In this document: positions 10,249 through 19,492 of the stretch, in pieces
Layout of the letters: each line of letters begins with the position of its first letter
Position numbering within the stretch: position 1 is the stretch's first letter
Assembly: GCA_937625935.1 (NCBI GenBank)
Contig: OW569377.1
Coordinates: 1-64,000, forward strand
DNA: 64,000 bases
DNA from: Tetramitus jugosus
Taxonomy: Eukaryota > Protista > Heterolobosea
Direction: 5' to 3'
Made by a program: the position numbers and the translations under genes
The notes under the pieces: generated by a model
Seen by the model: the letters and a program-made list of their open reading frames with translations, nothing else
Database searches by the model: none
Told to the model about the DNA's origin: nothing

Positions 10249-10950
10249 TCATGTGGTACCCATTCGGATTATGTTTCTTCGTGCTAGGATATCAGCAATA
10301 CCAGCATACAATAACGTAGTTAGAACAATTTCCGATACTAAAATAACACAAGAACCAATGACGAACGACTTGACCCCATGGTAAGTGTTGGACATGTCAC
10401 CATGACAATCGCTACGACGCATTACAGCGATTAAAATGCCAAGAAGGACGAAAGACGCCACCCCAAAGCATGCTCGACCCAAAGCAGCTAGTCTTGACAC
10501 AAGTTGTTTCTTCTTATTATCTCCAACACTGGACAGCCAACAAATTTCGACAGCAAAAGCGATAATACCCACAATCAACAACGCAAGATACACAAAGTTT
10601 ATAATTCCACCAGCCAAAATCAAATTCTGCATTTTGGCTTTTGGACAACTGGCCTGGAAGTTCGAGATGGCATGCATGTTACTATAGAGAACCATAGCCC
10701 AAATGGCCCTGACTAATCTATCACGTGTTGGTACAGTCCATGAGTCATTGTAAACAATGAACAATTCCAATGAGAACAAAGAAACTACATACTCTGAAGC
10801 GCCTGTGACACTCTTTGTGAGCGCATCGAGAAGGATCAAGTAAAACTTGACACGAGCAGATGGATAAACAGCACCCTGTTCAGCTGTTTGATAATACTCC
10901 ATTCCACGAGTAACAACATTATCTCGTGCAATCAATGATTCATTTTCCAT
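10249..10950 (-). CDS. Hypothetical multi-pass membrane protein (233 aa)
   Basis: ATG-initiated ORF with ~4-5 hydrophobic segments. Confidence 0.65.
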   Translation of the reverse strand: MENESLIARDNVVTRGMEYYQTAEQGAVYPSARVKFYLILLDALTKSVTGASEYVVSLFSLELFIVYNDSWTVPTRDRLVRAIWAMVLYSNMHAISNFQASCPKAKMQNLILAGGIINFVYLALLIVGIIAFAVEICWLSSVGDNKKKQLVSRLAALGRACFGVASFVLLGILIAVMRRSDCHGDMSNTYHGVKSFVIGSCVILVSEIVLTTLLYAGIADILARRNIIRMGTT

Positions 10951-11315
10951 GTTGTGGTTGTTTTTGCTCCTCGATAACGATTCTCCAAAAGCTCACATGG
11001 TTTCGAGGAAATTGAAAAAACCAGGAGAATTACGATCCTGAACAAGAAGCGTTTCAACTACTGTTACTCCTTCTTTGTTCGATTCTGGATTGGGTTCATC
11101 CGTCTTGAGAGTGTGAAGCCCAGTCATGGCAATTTTGAAGATTAAGAAAAACTTGACCAGTGACTCCATGGAACTGATCATCGCCAAGGTATCATCTGTA
11201 GAGCTCCGCGGAACAATGCGCACAATCCTCAGCGGAAACGTTCCGTTTTCTGAGAAACTTGAAACCACCTAACAAGAAACAAGCACCAAACAAGAAAAAC
11301 GAACCACTGACAACA

Positions 11316-12050
11316 ATGAGTGATACCCATACAGGAGGAGAAGCCAACAACAATACCAACCACCAAACAATCCAAGTCGATGTGATTAGTGATGTCGCTT
11401 GTCCATGGTGCTACGTTGGCAAAAAGCGCCTCGAATCAGCCATTGCACAATTGAAGCAAACTCATCCACAAGCCAACGTACGCGTACACTGGTCTCCCTT
11501 CCTACTGAACGCAAACACACCATCTGAAGGTGTGGATCGAAAACAATACTTTCTCACGAGATTTGGCATTGAAGATATTGAACAGTCTCCAATGATGGGC
11601 AGATTGACTCAAGTTGGATCACAATTGGGCATACAGTTCAATCTGGCTAAACCTAGTGTCATTTCTAGCACAATCAATGCTCATCGTTTGTTAATGAAGG
11701 CAGCAGCAGATGAAGAGAATAGTAGTCAAGAGGAATTAGAGTCACAGAATCGATTGAAAAATGAATTGTTTCGATCGTATTTTGAGTTGGGTCAAGACGT
11801 GGGTGACATCAATGTGTTGAAGGATGTTGTCAAGAGAGCTGGATTAGAGAACAAGATTAGTGATCAATTCATTGAACAGGGCAACGATCAAGGCGATGAA
11901 TATAGACAGAGAGTGTTGGTGATGGATCGAGCAGCTCGATTGCAGCAAGGAGTCACCGGAGTTCCCTTCTTCATCTTCAATAAGAAGTTTACAGTGAGTG
12001 GTGGTCAAGAGTCTTCTGTATTCTTGAACATTTTGAAAAAGTTGCTGTAG
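11316..12050 (+). CDS. DsbA-family (FrnE-like) thioredoxin-fold oxidoreductase
   Basis: VDVISDVACPWCYVGKKRL, W.PFLLN, TINAHRL, GVTGVPFF..N..F.VSGGQ. Confidence 0.92.
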   Translation: MSDTHTGGEANNNTNHQTIQVDVISDVACPWCYVGKKRLESAIAQLKQTHPQANVRVHWSPFLLNANTPSEGVDRKQYFLTRFGIEDIEQSPMMGRLTQVGSQLGIQFNLAKPSVISSTINAHRLLMKAAADEENSSQEELESQNRLKNELFRSYFELGQDVGDINVLKDVVKRAGLENKISDQFIEQGNDQGDEYRQRVLVMDRAARLQQGVTGVPFFIFNKKFTVSGGQESSVFLNILKKLL

Positions 12051-12102
12051 TCTAGTTCAATTGAATTGTGCATAGTAAAGACATCCTTTGGACCTCTTCT
12101 GT

Positions 12103-12468
12103 TTATTTGTCCTCCGCCGTGTTCAATGTGCCCTGATTGTTCGATGATACTCTCACAGTGGAATCCGTTATCCATTTCAAGTAATCTGGATTGCCAGAAT
12201 CAATATCCATGAAAATCACCTCGGGTACATTGTATTCATGCCACTCCTTGACCTTGGTGATGACCAATTCCTTGTTCTCTTCGACAGTCTTTCCAATCAG
12301 CAAACTTTCTTCGTCTGTTTGCACTTGATCATCCCACCAGTACACAGATTGAACGGTAGGAATGATATTGACACATGCACAAAGCTTGTTTTGCACGAGG
12401 TTTTTTGCAATAGTCTGAGCCAGCTTGGCAGGAGCTGTGATCATACAGATGCAGTACTTTTGAGCCAT
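12103..12468 (-). CDS. CUTA: CutA divalent-cation tolerance protein
   Basis: LVQNKLCACVNIIP.VQSVYWW...E.LLIGKT..H.YNVPEVI..G..DYLKWI. Confidence 0.95.
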   Translation of the reverse strand: MAQKYCICMITAPAKLAQTIAKNLVQNKLCACVNIIPTVQSVYWWDDQVQTDEESLLIGKTVEENKELVITKVKEWHEYNVPEVIFMDIDSGNPDYLKWITDSTVRVSSNNQGTLNTAEDK

Positions 12469-12545
12469 TTTCTTTGATCTGTGTTGGGTGAAGCGGACAA
12501 AAGGTTGAATTGGCCGCTCAAGAAAGCAGTGAAAAATTTACAAGT

Positions 12546-13913
12546 TCACATTTGAGTGATAATCTCAACATTTGTCAGTACCATCTTGCTTGTGTACGAA
12601 AATAGTCGAGGGAATGCTCTGGCAACCGTAACAGCACCACTGTCACTTGCAGTATAAAAGGCAACACGATGGCTAGCACACGAGCTTCTCATTGCGTCAT
12701 TCATATCCAGTCCAAAATGTTCAAATCCTCTCTCAAAGAGTGCGTTTGGTATTCTTTTGAGCTCAGACGTCATACTACCAGTCTCATAGTGATCTGGATT
12801 GTAACCAACGGACTCATTACTATATACACCGTAGTTCGTGCTCACAATTACTCTTGATTCAGCTGAGGACACATGAGTCACAATAGTCATGGGCACTCGA
12901 TCCATGATGACAAGTTCAAGGAGGAACGGAATATCATTGTATCGCTTACCAGGCAAATCATATCCGCAGAGCAACACTCGTTGACTCTCCGTTACAAAGA
13001 TAGAATGATTAATGGCACAGTGTGCAATCACAACTCTTTCCTGAATCGTGTCCAATGGCACTAGATCACGAATTGTTGTTTCTCGAACACCGAGCTTAAA
13101 TCCACTGGATTGCTCACCACAGACATACACTCGTCCGTCCTCATCCAGCATATTGGCATGGAAGTAAGCACCACTCATACTCACAATTCTTCTGTCCGAT
13201 TTATAGGTCAGTGGCATATAGTGATTGGACACACCGAGGAACCAACTTGTTTGACCCATGACAAACACACGATTCTTGCTCGTGTACACCAGAGAACTAC
13301 TGAAACAAATAGTAGCCAACACTGGATACTCATCCACTTCCAGAAACGTCACAATACGTGTCAGTGAAGTCATCGATGTAGGTGAAGGCTGACCTGTCAG
13401 TGCATAATCATTCTGTCCAACTGCAAACAACTGCCTGTCTGTCGAAAACAAGAATAGAACATTATTTCCGCCGACAATATCCGTAAAGATCTTGTCTTGA
13501 AATCCACCTGTATCAAACAACAACAACGACTGAGGCGAGTCAGATGACGTCGATGATGACCATGATGAACAAAAATGAGAAAGAGTGACTCCACCGAGAG
13601 AACCAAGACCATATACTTTGCCACTCCAACTAAGAATAAATGTGCCTCCACTCGTCGAACACACTTTTTTAATACCGTCGTGAATCGTGTGGCGGAATCG
13701 GTTGGGTTTGCCTTCGTAAATGTAGATTTGATCTGGTTGAACCGGTCGACTCGTTGGTTGGCGATAATGAGTGAGAGAACATGTTGTTGTTGTGTTGTGG
13801 TTACTGTCTTCCATTACTTGGCCGTTGTTGGTGTTGATGCTGTTGCTGCCTTCTCTGTCTGTCTTGTTTGTACGTTGTTGGGGTGAGAAGAAATTTCTTA
13901 TGCGGCTGTACAT
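12546..13913 (-). CDS. RCC1/BLIP-II-like beta-propeller protein
   Basis: Repeated RCC1-type motifs (GKVYGLG, LFAVGQNDYALTG, VFVMG, GRVYVCGE..GFKLG, HSIFVT..VLLCG). First ATG at 13913. Confidence 0.75.
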   Translation of the reverse strand: MYSRIRNFFSPQQRTNKTDREGSNSINTNNGQVMEDSNHNTTTTCSLTHYRQPTSRPVQPDQIYIYEGKPNRFRHTIHDGIKKVCSTSGGTFILSWSGKVYGLGSLGGVTLSHFCSSWSSSTSSDSPQSLLLFDTGGFQDKIFTDIVGGNNVLFLFSTDRQLFAVGQNDYALTGQPSPTSMTSLTRIVTFLEVDEYPVLATICFSSSLVYTSKNRVFVMGQTSWFLGVSNHYMPLTYKSDRRIVSMSGAYFHANMLDEDGRVYVCGEQSSGFKLGVRETTIRDLVPLDTIQERVVIAHCAINHSIFVTESQRVLLCGYDLPGKRYNDIPFLLELVIMDRVPMTIVTHVSSAESRVIVSTNYGVYSNESVGYNPDHYETGSMTSELKRIPNALFERGFEHFGLDMNDAMRSSCASHRVAFYTASDSGAVTVARAFPRLFSYTSKMVLTNVEIITQM

Positions 13914-14122
13914 GTCTTCGATGTTTGATTTTTTTGTTTTCTGAAACTGGGCAACTTCGCAGCCCGAGTTCTCTTCAGGTGGAGCGAACTGTCCAAGGAG
14001 TGGAACTCTTGAAGTCCAGTTTTTCCACCAGGTGGCTCCAATAGGAAGTCCATCTCCGACCACATATTGGTCATCGACGACTGAAAACACTAGGCGCAAT
14101 CGAAGGAAATTTTCGGACAATT

Positions 14123-14822
14123 TTTTTTTTTTTAATACAACAAATGGTGCTCACGCACCACGTTGCGGAACTTTTATTTTTCTTTTGCGTGAGAGCAGGC
14201 TTGCCTGTTCTCAATTGTCTAACATGATGTGGTGCTTGCCCAGTGGAGTGGCAGGCCTACGCAACAGGATTCATTCTCTTCTTGGAATGTTGTTTTGATC
14301 CCTTCTTCAGGGATTCGTTGCGAGGGCCTCCACTACCATCTGGAGCACCACTGGTGAGGTCAGATGGCTCCGTAGTCCTAGCCAGTTGGTAGGACCTACG
14401 GAGAGCACCTGACTTGATACTGGCCAACCTGGCCGGGATCTTGTTGGCAGCAGTGTCACCAATGGTGACACGTGCTGATCGCTTCTTGTGTTCGTTGAGT
14501 TGGGGACTCTGTAACACACAGTCGGGGTTACTGAGATCCAACTCAACTGGATCTTCTTCGGTGGCTGTGCTTCTTGCACGGTCCACCATGATTGCTTGGG
14601 CAGCAATCTCTTTCTTGACTTTCTTGAACACCTCGGAGGTGTTCAATACTAGCTCGAGGATTGCTCTGTTACGAGCATCCTCATCAATGGTGTTGGTTGG
14701 CTCTTGGGTGACCGTAGTTGGAGTGGCGGGATGGGACTCCGGCATGATCGACTCCCAATCATCGGTCGTAGACGGAGTCGAAGGTTCGAATTCGGAGATT
14801 CGCTCCGGCGTCCCGGTTGACA
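14123..14822 (-). mobile_element. Poly(A)-tailed retroposed insertion with 14-16-bp target-site duplication, 55 bp upstream of tRNA-Pro
   Basis: TSD AAATTTTCGGACAA(TT) at 14107-14122 and 14823-14838. T13 tract at 14121-14133 is the poly(A) on the minus strand, with AATAAA ~40 nt before it. Visibly GC-richer than the host intergenic DNA. Confidence 0.88.
14257..14745 (-). CDS. ORF inside the retroposed insertion (162 aa from the ATG; frame open up to the 5' junction); Pro/Thr-rich N-terminus, helical middle, basic C-terminus
   Basis: Track ORF 14257..14823 begins at the junction. No RT, APE or RLE motif recognisable. Confidence 0.55.
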   Translation of the reverse strand: MPESHPATPTTVTQEPTNTIDEDARNRAILELVLNTSEVFKKVKKEIAAQAIMVDRARSTATEEDPVELDLSNPDCVLQSPQLNEHKKRSARVTIGDTAANKIPARLASIKSGALRRSYQLARTTEPSDLTSGAPDGSGGPRNESLKKGSKQHSKKRMNPVA

Positions 14823-14876
14823 AAATTTTCGGACAATTAAACAGGCCTCTCGTTTGTCCTTAAATTCAACATTGAA

Positions 14877-14948
14877 GGGACAATGGTCTAGTGGTATGAT
14901 TCTCGCTTTGGGTGCGAGAGGTCCGGAGTTCGATTCTCCGTTGTCCCC
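14877..14948 (+). tRNA. trnP: tRNA-Pro(TGG)
   Basis: Acceptor GGGACAA/TTGTCCC, anticodon arm CTCGC-TTTGGGT-GCGAG, T arm CGGAG-TTCGATT-CTCCG, downstream TTTT terminator. Confidence 0.97.
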
Positions 14949-15010
14949 TGTTTTGCCTTTTGAGAGTATTTGCAAAATGAAGTAAGGTAATTCCAGAAGA
15001 ATGCTTCGAT

Positions 15011-16615
15011 TTATTCGGCGAAAGATACACTTCCTCTCTTTTCTCTTCTTCTTTGAAGTTCTGCCTCGACTCTATCGTTCAGATCAAAGCGCTTTTCAGT
15101 GTAACCATAAGCGTTTGGAATGATTTGGATGACAGTGTGCAATGGAATAGGGATGTTAGTACACTCCTCGGGCTTCTGTCCAGCCAGATAAGCGTGCATT
15201 ACCCGATTGACAGCCTGATGACCCACAATGAGCACTGGATTACGCTGTCTCTCAAGCTCCATAATCACAGGTTCGATTCTGAACACCATATCCAGATAGG
15301 ACTCACCACGAGGATAACGATATCTAAACTTGTCTTGCTCTCTTGCATAATGCTCCACAGGCATCTGCTTCTTGACGTCTTCATATGTCATTCCCTCACA
15401 TACACCGGCATCGATCTCATCTAGTGCCTTCCATTGCATGACAGAACAGATGGACTTCAGTGGAGCTGCTGTTTGACATGTTCTTCTCAAAGTACTTGTC
15501 CAAACACTCAGTCCCTTCAGAGAATAATACTCTTCTGATTCATTCCCCTGTTCAGACAACAACAAGTCCTCCTCCATCTTTTCGGTTACAAACTCGAACA
15601 ACACCTGAGAGTAGCATTCTCCTCTTTCACTCAAAGTTGAGTCGCCTCCAAGTTTGTTCACAACATTATCTCTTGATTCTCCATGTCTGGACAACCATAT
15701 TACCTTTTGACCAATGTGCATGTTCATCAAGAACGAAGTGATTCTTCCCGGAATGTAACCACCAATGCGATTCATAATAAACTTTCTACCCACATCGATC
15801 ATCGTAATAAAGGATAGTGTCTTGTCTAGTGCATCTCGATCGTCCAACGGCTCATACACCTTCTCATACTGTCTGATACGATTCACAAAATCGCTCACAG
15901 CTTCCTCCTTGTTGTCCACGTTTTGATAGTCAGATGACTTGATTTTGATTTCACGAATATTGGCATTGATCACAGTTTCATTGTCACATCTGCTCTCAAT
16001 GAAAATGATACGGTTCAATGGTACCTGTGCCTTTCCATCTCTCAGAGATTCAATTAAATACTTTCTTCTTTCTCTTGTCGTATTCGTTGCATCAAAAATT
16101 GCACATCTCTGAGCAAACTTGTCACTCATGGTCTCTTGATCACTATAGACGAATCCATGATCATCATCCGCACCCATGCCTTGATCCCCCTTTCCATGAT
16201 TCAATCCATCCATCTCCACTCCATCTTCCTCCTCCTCCTCTTCCTCGCTCATCATTTGACGATAATTTCGAACAGTGCCACCAGTCAACCAATTGATCAT
16301 ATCATTCACAGCCAACACTGAAATTTCTCTTCTCTGATTGAATCCCTCACTGTTATTAACGTCCCAAAACTCTGCTTTTTGACCAGGTCCCAACAAATGT
16401 CTTCTATATTCACCTGCATTGAAGATTCTAGTGGGAACATTGAGCCAATTCAAGTATTTACACAACAAGCGAGCAATATAAGATTTGCCTCGTGCAGGAA
16501 GACCAACCATGACCAAAACAAACAGTGTTTGTTGTTGACTGGCACCAAACGCATTGTTAACGTGAGCTTGTGGATGACTTACGACATTATCGAAAAAGCT
16601 CTTTGCTTTCTTCAT
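15011..16615 (-). CDS. PFKFB: Bifunctional 6-phosphofructo-2-kinase/fructose-2,6-bisphosphatase
   Basis: MVGLPARGKS P-loop, FNAGEYRR, FDATNTT.ERR, phosphatase RHGES, LDEIDAG.CEGMTY, YP.GESY.D, HQAV.R. Confidence 0.96.
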   Translation of the reverse strand: MKKAKSFFDNVVSHPQAHVNNAFGASQQQTLFVLVMVGLPARGKSYIARLLCKYLNWLNVPTRIFNAGEYRRHLLGPGQKAEFWDVNNSEGFNQRREISVLAVNDMINWLTGGTVRNYRQMMSEEEEEEEDGVEMDGLNHGKGDQGMGADDDHGFVYSDQETMSDKFAQRCAIFDATNTTRERRKYLIESLRDGKAQVPLNRIIFIESRCDNETVINANIREIKIKSSDYQNVDNKEEAVSDFVNRIRQYEKVYEPLDDRDALDKTLSFITMIDVGRKFIMNRIGGYIPGRITSFLMNMHIGQKVIWLSRHGESRDNVVNKLGGDSTLSERGECYSQVLFEFVTEKMEEDLLLSEQGNESEEYYSLKGLSVWTSTLRRTCQTAAPLKSICSVMQWKALDEIDAGVCEGMTYEDVKKQMPVEHYAREQDKFRYRYPRGESYLDMVFRIEPVIMELERQRNPVLIVGHQAVNRVMHAYLAGQKPEECTNIPIPLHTVIQIIPNAYGYTEKRFDLNDRVEAELQRRREKRGSVSFAE

Positions 16616-16855
16616 GTTTGAGTAAGTGAGACAAGAACAAAAAATGGGTACCTAGAAAGGTTGGTCGTGTGATCTTTTGTTTTCAGGTTTGATTTTGCTT
16701 TGGCACTCTGATTGGCTATTTTTATTTCTGGCAAGTCAATGCTGTTTGGACCTTTGGTGTGCACTGACTGTTAGTCTAGTGCTTTTCTTCTTTACGACGT
16801 AATGTCTATCAATTAAATAAAACAGTTGGTGTGGGTGGGAGGTGACGTCCGCGTC

Positions 16856-17245
16856 TTAATGACTGCTTACAATTGGCTTCTTGGTGGACGCAGAATTGGT
16901 GAGTTGAGTCAAACAACTACTCGAAGAAACCTTTGGTAAGTGAAAGCTAGATGGAGTCATGGGAACGACTGGAGTCATTGGAGAGCACAAGCAGGTACCA
17001 ATCTGGTGAGTCATACTCATGGAACCGTGGGCAGTGTAGGGAGTAGCGCAAGCTGATACAAGTACGTTACTCCCCGGAGTCGGTATCACCAATTTCATCG
17101 GTGTGTTCCATGGTTGACTGCTGTTGTTGGTGTTTTCAGATAGGTGACTGGCAGACTGTGGGGTTGATTGAGCAAAATCATGATGGTGGTCTTGTGCGAG
17201 ACGAACCTTCTTCTTGTGGTCTCTGTATTGCATTAGATTCAACAT
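16856..17245 (-). CDS. Hypothetical small Ser/Thr-Pro-rich protein (129 aa)
   Basis: ATG after a CAA-rich leader like other genes in the window. Many TP/SP dipeptides. Confidence 0.5.
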   Translation of the reverse strand: MLNLMQYRDHKKKVRLAQDHHHDFAQSTPQSASHLSENTNNSSQPWNTPMKLVIPTPGSNVLVSACATPYTAHGSMSMTHQIGTCLCSPMTPVVPMTPSSFHLPKVSSSSCLTQLTNSASTKKPIVSSH

Positions 17246-17758
17246 TGTTGGAGCGAAAGTTATCGGTTTGTTGTGATTGTTGTTGACTAGGTTGTTGAAG
17301 CTTGTTGGTTGTGTGTAACACTCTGGTTGAGTTCAGTGGTTGAACTTAACAAGTGACTCTCAAATGAGTTGAGGTTGAGTAGCGAAGTTTGCTGTTTGCT
17401 TTGGTTTTCAGGTTGGGTGAAATACATTTTCGAGTGAAAGTTTTTATAGGACGGTACAGAAACGCGGCTCCGCGGTAGGAAAGTTGGAATTCGCAGGAGA
17501 GAATTCCATTCGGTTGTATTTTTAGAGTAACAGAAGGTCCTCCACTAACCAAAAGAATCTAAACAAGTGTTTCGAGTTCCAACATGGAAGGAAAAGTATC
17601 AATAGATTAGATACCTGAATACAATCGCGTTTGACATGGATAATATCGCGATTTCACCCAAACATCAATCAAACATGGACATGTTTCCTGTAACGTGCAG
17701 AATAAATAGGCAACAAACTGGTTACTGGTTTATTGTTTACAAATGATTCACACATTTC

Positions 17759-19031
17759 TTAGGCTGTCATGGACAACAAAATTGATTTTCCCTTGGACAA
17801 GCCGGTTTCAAAGTATGGTGGATAGATCAAATCGATAAACTGTCCCCAAGTGCACACGTGGCAATAATAGGGCACACCATCGAATCCACCATTATCTGAA
17901 GAGCTGGATGACGGTGTTCCAGTGAGACAGAAATCAGCCTTCTCAACACTGTCCACGAATTGACCTCCTGCAAACTCAACGAGCACTCTACAATGTTTCC
18001 AAGTGGCTGTATCTTGGTAAGCCTGAACAAAAGACTCCATCAAATACACTGATTTTCCCTTGAGGAAATTATCTGAACAAACAAAGCCAAATTGTAGCTG
18101 AGAATCTCTCAACATGTTCAAAATATGAACAGTTTTCATATCCTTCATCTTCTTAACGTTTTCAAGTTGGAGCAACCATTCGGGAGACATGACCCATCTG
18201 TGAGACACAACTGCCTGCAGTACCTTCATTGTTCTGGCAAATGGTGTAGTAATAATGTGAGTTGTTTCGAGAGACAATGCTTCTCTGTCTTCCACGTTGT
18301 CTGCCGCAATAGTCACATGCTACATTTATGATTACACAAAAAAGAAACATGAGAAAATTTGTCAGAGAACACAATCACAAATTCACACATTCACATAAAC
18401 GTACCTCTGTCAAATTCAATTCTCTCAACAATCGAACAATCTTCTTCTTCAAATTCTTGGAATAATAATCAGCATCATTCTTAAATCCAGAGAATGAAAT
18501 GTAAATGGGAGTATTATGATTGTACTCCTTCTTTTTAGTACTATTATTATTATTAGTATTATTATTGTTGGTGTGCTGTTCTGTTCTTTGTCTCTTTGGT
18601 GCACTCGATTGATCATCTTCTTCAACAATCTCTTCATTCTGTTCATCATCATCATTACTACTACCATTTGTTGCTATCATTTGTTGTTTTGTACGATCAG
18701 ACTCTTCTCTCACTCTCTTCTTATTGTTGAGTGAAGCAACAGTAGCAATTTGTTGTTGCTGATGCAAGAGTTGGTGTTTCAATTGGGTTACTGTACTCGT
18801 TAACTCGTGAATCAAATCGTTTTGTCGATTGGTGATTGACTCGTCATGTTCGTTATGATCTGTCGTTTTGATTTGAGTTTGGTCATTGGTGTCATTGGAT
18901 GATGTTGATTGTGATTGTTCTTCTGCTTCTGCTTCGATTGTGGATACGTCACTCTCCAAGGAGTCTACAGATGGATCACATTCCTCTGTTTGATCATTGT
19001 CATTCTTGTTTGTGCTGAACGTGCTTCCCAT
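17759..19031 (-). CDS. BRCT-domain protein, 2 exons (19031-18405, 18319-17759)
   Basis: Intron 18404-18320 (GTACGT..TAG) joins the frames in phase 0. ISFSGF..TTHII....RTMKVLQAV....WVMSPEWL is a BRCT, followed by a second BRCT-like unit (LKGKSVY..AGG). Confidence 0.8.
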
Positions 19032-19207
19032 TTCGTTTTTTCTTGTGTTCTGGCGCCAAGTTTTTGAGCGCCAAAAGCTCTTGAAACTGCATTATTATGG
19101 GAGACCCGTTCCGACCAAAAACACTCAGAGTCTCTGCCAAGAAACCATCTCCACCCCACAGCACCCCAAAAGCAGCCACATGCCACAACCGAGTAGCAAA
19201 ATTGTCA

Positions 19208-19280
19208 CGCCCACCGAGGGGCTCGAACCCTCGACCACAAGGTTAAGAGCCTTGCGCTCTACCGACTGAGCTAGACGGGC
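19208..19280 (-). tRNA. trnK: tRNA-Lys(CTT)
   Basis: Minus strand GCCCGTCTAGCTCAGTCGGTAGAGCGCAAGGCTCTTAACCTTGTGGTCGAGGGTTCGAGCCCCTCGGTGGGCG folds as a canonical cloverleaf. Confidence 0.97.
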
Positions 19281-19492
19281 TTGCATATTGAAAGAATCAC
19301 TAAAATTGTACACAGTCTAAAATTCGAAAAACGTTTTTGCAGCCACAAAGCTTTCTTTTTGTTTGCTTTTCCAGTCTCTTGTGGGGCAATCCTTAAAATG
19401 ACATTGTCATTACTCTTTGAAAGCATGTGTCCTGTTTTTGATTGGTTCCGAACAAAAAGCAAAAACTCCCGAAAAAAAAGACAAAGATAAAA

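Noticed and set aside
13914-14120. N-terminal 69-aa extension of the RCC1-like ORF reaching the TSD, which would mean the insertion disrupted the gene
   Set aside because: It starts at TTG. The first ATG (13913) follows an A-rich leader typical of genes here, so the insertion is probably intergenic.
14783-14793. B-box-like GGTTCGAATTC inside the insertion
   Set aside because: It lacks the invariant C61 equivalent and is antisense to the element, so it is too weak to call a Pol III promoter.
14414-14975. ORFs 14414..14863(+), 14307..14606(-) and 14649..14975(-) over the insertion and tRNA
   Set aside because: Non-ATG shadow frames in GC-rich DNA; two of them cross the insertion junction.
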